A stretch of DNA of 64,000 nt from the NCBI GenBank assembly GCA_030141605.1, contig JAQGDQ010000307.1, positions 210,845 to 274,844 on the forward strand, in the 5' to 3' direction. Positions 11,555 to 23,400 of the stretch are shown piece after piece (the first letter of the stretch is position 1; the number at the start of each line of letters is the position of its first letter). The notes below the pieces were generated by a model, which saw only the letters and a program-made list of their open reading frames with translations, made no database searches and was not told where the DNA came from. Source of the stretch: Tubiluchus corallicola (taxonomy: Eukaryota > Animalia > Priapulida). The translations under genes were made by a program, and so were the position numbers.

Positions 11555-14500
11555 TTAAAAGACATCTAATTCGATCATAATGGCCACAGCAAGAAACAAA
11601 ACATAAATAATGAGCAGGTAAATTCCATATGGTCGATTCATTCGAAACTTGATGAGAGGAATAATGATGAATGAAGACAGAACTGAAAAACTTACGGCTC
11701 CTACCAGCACCATATTCATCTTATCATAGTTGATCTGGAAAGAAATATTTTTTCTATATAGTTGGTATGTCAAATGTTTAAAATGTAATTAAGCTAGCGT
11801 GTACATGAAGGCAGACTAATATGCAGTCCTCTGATTATGACTGTATCTTTTCTTTGTTTCTTTTTTTACTAATATTTTATTATTCCGTAATATATTTCTT
11901 GCTTTACACAGCCTAGTCTATGGTAACGCTTTCACGAAAATTCACTTTGGCAATAAAACTCAATTTTCATGGAACAAAAGTATCAAACAAAATATGCTAT
12001 TGTACAGCACATGTGCTGCCATCTCATAGCAAAAACAGAACTGTTTTACAAATGAACAAAACCAATACATTTAAAAGAATGGTTGACACTTTTATGCAAA
12101 TCCGTAATGAAAATAAAACAAGTGCAAAGGCAGCAGTGAGATTTAACAAAAAATAGTGTTAAGATTTCAAAGTCTTCAAGTTATTAAGGTTACTTTCTAT
12201 ATAACAGATCTAAAAAAAGTTGCTCAACTTTATAGCACAAATGAAAAATATCCTTTTTGATATACTCCTACATCAGATTATGCATTGTGCAAGTGTTTTT
12301 GTTTTCATTAATTTTAGTTCTAAAGTTTTAATCTTGATTATGACCTCTGCTAGGGATGTTGATATAAAGCCAATTAATAGTATTTAAATTTTTGTTTTGT
12401 TTTACACCTTTTTGTCTTGGCTGTTACATGTATAACTTACCCTCACTTATGCAAACACCACTGATTTGCTGCCACCTTGCAGCAACAACAGAAACTTCTT
12501 AAAACTATGAAGCAGAATATGAAGTTATATAACTTACGTTAATAATGTTGTTTTCCATTGGTATACAACCTATCAAAAATGGTATGCCAATGCCAAGCAG
12601 AAGATCTAAGGCATGGTTAAAAAAATGAAACCAGTTCTAGATGTATTGCTGTTTTATTCTTTGCAGCTATAATTTAACAGTTATAAACTACCGTTTAAAT
12701 GATGCCCTCTTTTCACTTCAGAGGCATTTCAAAAATATATCTGTAGCCAGTGGGTTTGTTCATGTTATGTAAGAAGTAAGCATGTGTAGTGCAAAAACCT
12801 AAAAATTTGCAGCTGTTGAATTTCCTTCGTCAGACAGGATGCATTGCCAAGCCACGTTAGTTGTCCCATGCGATATTTGAAAAACACTGTACCAGCTTTA
12901 TTCTGTGCTGTATTTTTTACGCATAATTTTCAGGACTTGCACAGACAAACAAAATTAGTTCATCAGGCAAACATTAAAACTCTGCAGTGTGGAAAAAACA
13001 TGTGGCACAATCACATGCATAACATGGAGTAACGTATGGACTACTGTAGCAAATTTAGTAATTTTCAAATGAACAAGTTAGTGATTATCAGTAAAAGATT
13101 TGCTGGAGGAAATGAATGTTTTAAATACAAACATGTTGTGCAGGTTTCCCCGTGATAAGACCAAATAAGAGGCAGCAAGTTTCCTTTACAGATGTATATA
13201 GAACCAAAAGGATACTAAATAATGGTCCTCCGAAACAAGCAGAAATAGCCATGCGAGGAAAGCCCTGCTTGGCCATCAAGCTGTTTGCAACAAAATCCCC
13301 TATGCTGTTTCCCCAGGCTAGAAAGGTTAGTCCTAATATGGAGTTGCTGATATTGATGACTACACCGAATGCTTGAAGAAGACCGACGACTTCATTGGCC
13401 AAAGCAAAAATCCATACGATAGCAACAACAAAGCCAAAGTAAGCAAATGCCTGAAAAATTGTTATTGTTCATTTAGAAGAAATGATTATTACTATAAAAA
13501 GATTTTTTCCATCATTCACTGCCATTCAACTTCTGAGATATCAAAATTATCTTGTTCTTACTGCATTTTTTGTATCAAATTCAGTTTAAATATTTGTATC
13601 AAGGCAATAAATGATTTGTCCAGTGTTCAAACAATTGGAGCATTGGTAATTTCATTCCCAATGTAGTTGGCCAAGCTCATCTATGTGAACAAACTAACAC
13701 TTATTAGTTCCATAATCTTATATTGACAAGTTTTTCCTGACATGTGGATGAACTGTAATTCCAGTTAATGCAAAAAAAAACAGAGCTCTTTGGGTACCTA
13801 CGAGTTTGCAACACGACTACTTCAGCAAATGAAAATAAAACACCACTGTCAAAATCTGTAATACATGTATGATGTATTTTTTCTCTGGTTGCATATTTTG
13901 TGTTTTTTTGGGTTCACCTATCTGAAGCAAACAAAAACCGAAAACAGACAGCAGTTTTTGTTTATTTTCTCGAACAAAAATGCATCAACTTACATTAAAA
14001 TTCGGCAAAACTGATTTCTCACTTTTTTCTGCAAAAGCTGGATCAATTTGTTCTGAGTTTTTTATTGAAAAATAATGTAATTTTGTTGGAATAAAATACA
14101 TTTAATAATTTTGAACAGTCAGGTTTCCCCAAAATATTGTAGGCATTTGATAATTTTCGTTTTTTTATGGTATATACATGCATTAGTGAAATGAAACGGG
14201 CTAGTATGAAAAATTATAAAGCAGCCTATGTCATATCCCTTCTTGACGATACACTTACAGAAGTGCAGGACATTTGGTAACATCTGGCAACTCCACAAAA
14301 ATGTTAAATGTTGGTCTTCGATAGATTAGCAAACTACAATATGACTGCATTGATGGTTGATCATCTTTTCTACAAAGCATTAAATAAAACTCTGAAGAAA
14401 AACCAAAATAACTTCTTTGAAGAGATTAATGAGACACACTCACAGCATGATACTTAGGAATTCTATTCCAACTGCTCGTAAAAGCTACAAGTATTGCAAG

Positions 14501-17370
14501 AATTGCTCCAACAATTAAACCATAGGCCCACAGACGAAGTCCAAATTCTTCTTCAGCCACTGCAAATAATTACACAAGCTAATTTTAAATAAATTAACTG
14601 AAACTAACTAAAATATTTGAAGAAGAAGTAAGAACAAGATAAAAAGTAGCCCATAAAGTACCTGCATAACCCTTTGTAATGCTAGCACATGGACAAAAAA
14701 GTCGCACAAACATCTGCTTTAATGAATGTATTCACTAACATGATTTACAAGAGATTATAATGGCAGCACTAGACATTTCCATTGTGATATATTTCATCAA
14801 ACATTTTAAATTGCTTCAAAGAACACAATGTGCATGTGGCAGGTTACAAGTTATAAAACCAATGAATTTTTTTACACTGTGTGTCAAGCACATTATTTCT
14901 TGCATAGCACACTTTATGTTTTACTAAAAATTATGTTAATGCATACTAATTTTAAACATCATTATCTAACTACTACTAATTTTTCTAGTATACTTTTTAC
15001 TTACATTCTGTCACTATTAGTATAAAAAATGGTGCTATGAAGCAGTGCCACACATTGAGCAATTTACACCATCCGTGTTTTTCCTCGTCTTCGTATTGAA
15101 CAACAGGAGTTGTGATTGTCAAACATAAGAGCAACGGTGCCTATAGTTTAACACCACAACTTTACTGTAGTTTAGTCAAATTTTTAAGGCAGTGAAATTT
15201 GCCCAAATGTATTTGATAAACTGCAGTGATTTCAATAAGGCATATATATATGCCTTATCAAAATCACAGCAGTTTATCAAATACATTTACACACACATGT
15301 ATGTATATATAAATTAATATGACATGAAAGTGATTGAAATCAAATGGAAGCATTTGTTAATTTATATGATCTTGCTCTTGATTTCACAAAGAACTAGAAT
15401 GCCACTAATAAATTCAATACCAGTTATATTATACACTAATATGCACATCCAGATGCATGTATATGACATGTGCACAAGGTAGTCGCAAAGGTTTAGTGGT
15501 ATGCCTGCACCATATATCAGCGCCTTATCTGTCTTGACAATATAATAGACACATACGTCATTGTAAATCACTAAATGGCAATTTATGGATTCTTTTAGTA
15601 AATTTTGAGTATTTTGTGAAATATGTTAATTCAAGTGCAAAGTCAGTACCGCAAAGCTCAAATGCAACATATTTAAGTTGCAAAAACTGTTAAAAAATGT
15701 TACCTTGATGATGTCATAGATTTTCAAATACCATGGATTTTCACGAAAATCTTCCCAGTTAATTGGTGATACAGTGTACAAAAGATCCACGATTGACCCA
15801 AAAATGTTCTCCTTCAATGTTAGTGCCTCATAATCCCACTCTTCATCATAGTAGAAATCATTATAGCCATCTGAAGGACAAAATCATTAAGGACAATCCT
15901 TTTCAAGGTGATTCTCATAACAATGTAACAATACAGTATCAAATTTGTCATAGTAACTGATTTTAAAAAAATCTCATAATCACAAACCCTATATACAGCT
16001 TATAATCCAAAGGACCACTGTGTCTTCTGGCAGTAAACACACAAGCAGTATAATATTAAATTATATAATCACAAGCCAATAGGCATATGATTAGTTTATG
16101 TGAAAGGACAACAGGCTTGCTCGTGTTAGCCACGACAACAAATAGTACTAGTTAATATAATGATAAACAAGCTATTATTATTATTATTAGACAATGCATT
16201 CCAGTATATTGCATATTGCAGCAGCATATGTACAAGCAATGTACTGGCTTCTAAAGAATTACGTCACACCTTGAGATTTGAAAAAAATGTAGAGAGATAG
16301 AAATTGGTCGTTATAAATTTTATACATTAATATTTAAGCAAGTACATCACTTTTCCAATTCAGTTCATTTTTTCATAAGCAGTTGCGTGACTTTAGACAT
16401 TATAAAAGTAAGTGTAATGCAGACACTTTTCAGCTAAAGCTATCACTCGGTTATCAGATTTTAAAATAAAGAACGGAGAAGCCGTCATTTTTGAATTGTT
16501 TTTGTGAACTGGGCATTTGTGAATTATTTTTGCATTTGTGCACGAAAAAATGTTTCAGCTTTTTAGTTCCCATTTCTTTTGTTTTCACGGCTTTGGTTTA
16601 CAGTAATTTACACTATGCAACTAAAGTAGCAATTTTGCCTACGTGAAATAATGTAAACCCGTTGAGTAACTAGCATTTTACAGATGGCAGAAATGGCAGT
16701 TTTAAATGGCAAGGTCAAGCAAACATCTTTTGACAAAAAATTTTGTAAGCAGTGATAAAGATTATGTTGCCGTCTAAGCCACTAAGGAATATTCTAAAGA
16801 TGGTAGCAGACAATCACTAAAGTGAATAAGAAGAAACTGTGAAATAAAAAGGTATGAATATCAACCTAGTTAACTTTAAAAGACATAATCTAGCATTATT
16901 GCAACAAGTGGCGCGCAATTTGTAAAGTAAAATAACCAGAATTCATTTTAGCTTGCAATTTATTATATGTTCTTACCTGACGACTTGCTCGAAACTTCAG
17001 ATACTGTACGAGAACGCTGTTCTGTTTCTTCAGCAAATCGCAAGCCTGAAAAAACAACAAAAAGTCCAGATTTTCAAAACATGTTCACAACTGTTTTGAC
17101 CGAAAACAATCGAACTTGCACAACACAGTACTCCACAGAACACATACAGTCGACTCACGGTTGATAGACTCAGTCTCTTAAGTGAGTCAAAAACGCCTGG
17201 TACGGGCCGCTTCTCATCCAGCAATCTGACAGGGCCAGTGATTCCGATAGCAAAAGAAGAACCCTTAAAGGATGCTAAGACAGGTACATCAAAAATGGCT
17301 TAAACTTCTTATATTGAGCTTGTAAGAATAAAAGCACTTAAAGATGAGATAGTGATCAGACATGTACTTG

Positions 17371-17422
<52 letters not shown>

Positions 17423-20400
17423 ATATACATAAAATCTGTCGGTAACTGACTCAAATAACTCTGCATGATTGACTCAATATTTTACCATTACCACTGGAGG
17501 ATGGAGGTTAAGCTGATAAATAGCTTATAAACCTCTACAATTTCCTTTGAGTTCTATAACTGTGTTTTAAAAGAAACAGTGGTACTCCAGGATCATGGAC
17601 TGTGTCGCAAAACATTTTGCTGCCATTGAGGCAGTCTAGGCTCGACCAACTTTTCTGAGTTGTGCTGCCAATATCGATCTGATTGGGACTTAAACAGAGA
17701 AGGGTTAGTGCAATTGACTATATTTGCTGGCAATTTATTCCATTCGTGACATATTTTCCTTCACGTACTTAAAATAAGACATTTGTATGTACCCAAAGAG
17801 CCATGTATGTGCAAGATTTCAAATCATTAAAGAACAATTACTCGTACCTGGTTTTTTGCTAACTTGCTTCCTTTGAGACTCGCTTGTACCCGCACGAGAG
17901 CGACTCGATGACGACAATCCAGTTCTCCTGAAATAGTTTATAATAGCCAGTTACTGTAGAAATCGTAAAATCTAATAGGAATGTGAATATCTATAGTTTG
18001 CTACCTGTTTGAGTAAAAAATTGTTTCGAGGCAACGAGAAGGATATTGACAGTATGTCATGAACTGAGCCAGTACTTTAGAGTGAAGTCTTAAGCTTGAT
18101 ATAGGTGATTAACAATAGCAATAAAAGCCTGTTATCTATTTGCTTTAAGGTTATGTTAGACTGTAAATCATCACATAACAACAGAATTTACATCTACACC
18201 ATTTTTAATATCCCAGAAAAATGAGATTCACACCTGCTTCCAGAGGAAGCCTTTGAACTTGCACGTGACCTTGATACCTCTTCACTGAGTACATTTAACA
18301 AACCAGGCAGAAGTTTTTGGCTGTCTCCTTCATCTTCTTCTTCTGCCACATCTGGAACTTCAGGTGTCATGGCTGGGATAATAGCCAAAGCTTCTCCAAT
18401 TAGTGCTAGTTCTGGAAAAGGAGTTATTATGTTATATCTTGCAATTATTTAAAGTGTTATTGCCCTAGGTCTCATACGACATCACTGCCATTTTGTTATC
18501 TTATGATTTGCAATAAGGAAAATTAGGCACCTATATCCTAAATACATTTTTAGGAACTAGGGAAAAATTACAAAAATTAGAGAACACGAATGCTTAATCT
18601 TTGCTACACGAAATTCCAATAAACAGTGGCAGTGATCTCACTGATTTGACTTCGTAAATCACATAGTTACGGCAACATGGAACAAAAAGAAATGCAGTTG
18701 ACTAGTTTGTCAGATAGAGCTGGTAAACTGTCACTCATCAGAAGTTCACAGCACTTCTTTTAAAATGTACTATAGGGAAAATAAACACTCTACTACAAGT
18801 GATAAAATCCCTGTGGTTCGCACACAAGAAAACTCCAATTTTATGCATCTGAGGTACTGATCAGTTCAACTATGAAAATATTAATATTACCTCGAATTGC
18901 ACTCAGTGTTGGGAATTCACTGAAACTACTCTGTTTTGTACCCTTGTGGAATCCAGCTGTGAGGCTGTCGAAGAGTGAGCTCCGTTGGTGAGATGTGTCT
19001 GTATCAGTTCTGCTTCTACCATGTTCTACTTAGAAAACAAGTTCTCATAGAATAATGCAGTGGAAAAATTATAAAGAAAATGCCATCTTATTATCCTTAA
19101 CACCAACACACTTAATACAACAACTGCCTACTGGAAAACAAATTCATGCTGGTAAAATGAGCTTTTATCAACTAAAAATGTGTTAATGCTCACTACACAT
19201 TCAACTTCACTTTGCACAACGCTTTATTAAAAAAAGAACACTCGAACTGGACCACAGTACCAACAAAGCAAATTAGACCTATAGATCTGATAAGAGAATT
19301 TTTTTATTTCAATAAAGAAATAACAAAATGGTCCTAGCTCATATAATCGGGCAAAAGTAGAAATTCTATATTGTTTTTATGCCATTTTTGTATGTCAAAT
19401 TGATAAGTGAATGGTTGTTTTCGATGTTTTCAGAATTTCACGTATGCTCATGTGCAAAAAAAAGCAACTAGGTTTTTAATCTTTTAACAATCTTTTAAGC
19501 TTCAGCACGACTATTGCTACAACAATGGGTAAAAAGTCTTACCAACTTCATCTTCTGCTTGAGGTTCAGCAAAAGTCACACGACCTTTTGGCTTTTTAGA
19601 CTCAATTGGCACTTAAACCATAAAAAAACAAGTAAAACTGCTCTTATTAAATCCAGAAGTTTAAAATTTCTATCATTTGTCATCTTGTTATATTTTAATT
19701 TACAATAAGAGAAACTAGGTACCTATATCCTAAATATATATTAATACCATGCCAAGCTGTGATGTATCTGTTAGTGAGTAAAAACAAAAAGCAGAATTCT
19801 GGCTAGTACATCCATGTGTCCATCTATAATCTTTGTTTATTTGATATTAAAATTTTTATTTATCACAAAATCATCATTATTACTAAAAACAGAAAAACAA
19901 ATTTTTGTGGTCTCACCTTCGTCTAAATCTGGTCTTAATAAAGGAACCAGTATTTCAAGTTTTTCAATGGTGTCCAGTTCCTTTTCAACTACTACAGATG
20001 GACCAGTTTTTCCTAGAATAAGCAGAAAAATGGTAGACTGACAGGCCTACCATCAATTGCCTCTAATTGCTCCATTATAACTAACTCTCAGAACTGCACG
20101 TGACACAATTCAATTGGAATCCACATACTGTTTCGATTTTTCCAGAGTACTATTTAAATTGAAACTAATTGTCAATAATTTTCTTTTGGTGCTGTGCAAA
20201 TGAATTATGATATTAAAAATAGTACCAGTAATATTAAACATTATTAAGTATTTTTATTATTCATAAGTATTACTAACTCAGAATAAAAGCAAAAGAATGA
20301 GATGTTACTAGGCAAGTAGAAAATCAGATTTAAAGACCGAAATGAACACTGCCTGCCATAAGAAAACCTTAATATGATTTACTGACAAATTAGTTAAAGC

Positions 20401-23400
20401 TATTTCGGCTAAAAATGTCACACACCAAATTTAAATTACAGTGGCCGCCGCTTATTGTGGACACCTAGGGCCAGCAGTGTATGTCCATATTAAGCGGCTG
20501 TCCATATTAAGCGAAGTGACCCATGAAGACCCTTCCCCTTCATTAAAAAAGGCAAAAAACTGTCTGTATCAACTCGTCTCCTGTTGTATTGAAAAAAAGA
20601 AGTCAGACGAGTTTGTTTGGCAGGAAACTTTTCTCTCAACCTTGAACGGAAGGAAGTTATCACAGTTTCGAAGCTCTCAAGGCCACGGCAAACGGCGAAC
20701 TGACTGATGCAATGACTCACACAGGCAGCAGAGCGGGAAGCTCTTTTCAATGACGCGCGCAGGCCGTGGTTGGCACGGCTCGTTCACGTGCCAAGAATGT
20801 TCGCTGTCCATATTAAGCGGCGGTTGTCCATATTAACCGGCGGATTTTATTAGGGGAAAATTCCGTCCCTCGCGAGTTGTCCACAATAACCGGCTGTCCA
20901 CAATAACCGTGTCCATAGTAAGCGGCGGCCACTGTATTACTAAACACATTTTTGTGTAACACTTTGTGTAATACAAATTTAAAAATTGTAAAAATGTAAC
21001 TACACTAAGCATACCTTCTTCTGCAGTTGACGGAACATCTTCTTTAAAAGCCGGGTTGTCATGAGCCAGAGGACTTTCCTTGCCAATGTGTGCATGGGCC
21101 TTGTGTGGAATGCAGCTTAATCTGCGTGCTGCTCCAGGCATCAAACTTAAGCTTTAATTAAGCAATGTTAAAAAGTTTCAATACAGCAGCCAAAGGTAAC
21201 TGGTGTGCGATTCAAAGCATAGAAATAAAATAATGAAAAGGTTATCATGCTGTTACTATAAAAATAAAGAACAAAAATAATTCGTATTGAGTCAATTAAA
21301 TTCTGTCTGTTATTTCTAGTTTTTCTTTTTTTTTCAATTGTTTGGGTCAAAATAAGCCATCTGGTGATGTGAGTAAATCTAGTTAAAAGGCTAGATATCA
21401 AATTGCACTGCAAAGACAAAAACCTTTGAAGAATTTGAGCTAGGGGGAACGCTGTGTCGAAGTAAAAGTCACGCAGAGGCAAAGCTAATAATGCCTGCAG
21501 TCCTTAAAATAATAAGCAAGTGAAAATTGTTGGCAAGCCACTGCCAAAAAATGGCTTGCAGATTATTTATCTCATTAATTGTTTGTTCATAATTAATTAA
21601 TGTTTGTACATACAGCAAGTCAAAAATAAATCAAAATCAAATAAAAACAAATTCTGTTAATGGAAATATGTGAATGATTAACATTTATCTGAAAAGTGCA
21701 AAAAAAGTTACAGTGAAGTTATTCAAGCCAAAAATGTAACTTTTACTGTTAGGTAATAAAATATTCAATATTGTGCCATACCGCTGTGCATAGATACTCC
21801 CACGTGGTGCTATGCTCTGCCTCATCGCAGCACTAGGATGACCTGCATATATGCTTACTCTTGGCCCGTAAACACTTGGACGTGGTGCAAACATGCTCTG
21901 TCGTCTCGCACTGGGGAGTTTTTCTTGTTCCTCTTTTAATCTTTGCTGATACACTATAAAGAAACAAAATATACAAGCAATGCTAAGCATTAAGCACATA
22001 TATATTTGACATGAATTAGACAATAAGTATAAAGTGGTATTTACTACAACACATGTGCGAGAAAAATATAATGATAAAAAATAATACTTCAATGCTTTAA
22101 CTGGATTTATTACATACGACAAAAGTTTTGTATCAAGTTATAGCAAATTCATTGTGACCAGCTAATCTTTTTTTCAATATTTTGGTAGGACAGGAACCCT
22201 TTGTTCATGTTAAGGATAATCCTCTGAGCTAGCAGAGGTGTATTAACCTACTGAAATGTGCAAACCTTTCTCGAGAGGAATATAGCTGGAGGCCATATGG
22301 CAAATGAGCCACCTATAAACAGTTTTCTCTGTGATAACTCACACACTTACTAACCAAGCTTGGCAATGCCTAATTATCTTTACCACTTTTTATTAACATG
22401 TCTGACTGTTAGCTAGAAACTGAGAGGCATTTTCCAATCTAATATAACACTTCACTTCGCCTGATGTTCAGGAATCAGAATGATAGTTCATGGGAGCAGG
22501 AACAGACCATAAAAGTCTTTTGCATTTCAAAATGTGAGGTAGTTGACTATAGAAGAATGAGGCACCTTGGCTGGGTTGTTTTTCATATCACAACATGGCA
22601 ACGTAACAGGGGCGGATTAAGTATTTCGTGGGTCTAAAGCTATCAAGAAATGAAGGGCTTAAACTTACTGGCTGTGCACAACTGCACATCCAATTGTGCT
22701 GTATGGCTGACACTGAAATTTATTCGCATGGAATATTTCAGCACAAAATCGCATGTATTTGATTAAATATTCACTTAAGAATAAACTCATGTGCAGCTCA
22801 CATTGCTATCAAAATTCTGAGACGCTATTAAAAAGTAGAACTGTTCTTGCATTTTATATAGACTTATCAACAACTTTTACTGTTACTCGCAACGAATGGA
22901 AATGATTTCGTTTTTCATGTCTTTACGCCTGGAATAAGGTTAACCAAAAGGCGAGCTGCTGTTCGTCATTCAGAAATGCTGATTCTAAACAACTGGACAA
23001 TAAGAAAGATGCTGCACATGTGCTACTCTTAAAAGTGTCAAATGCTTGTGTCTAAATGAAATGACCTCTGCAGCCAAATAACCTATGTCCAGAACAGACA
23101 GTCCCAAATTGCCTCTGTGGCAAAGCATCCTATGTCTAAATGTGTGGGTCTATAGTGAAAAATGTAATATTTTGTGTACAATATTGACCAATAGCTCCAG
23201 TGTTGACTGGCAATGTACAAAAAAGAAAAACAAATATATTTGTCTCCTGTTTACTAAATAGCATCAAAATTTAGCGCCTCAGGCTATTATAGCCTGCATC
23301 AATTTTCACTTTTTGTCACTGTGTTTTCACCTACTTATATGGCAAGTTGGCAACACATTAACCACAACATCTATAACTAAAGGTCCTAGAACAGGAATGG

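Noticed and set aside
20441-20750. ORFs inside the MITE as a transposase
   Set aside because: They are short, with no DDE/D or HTH motifs; the element is non-autonomous.
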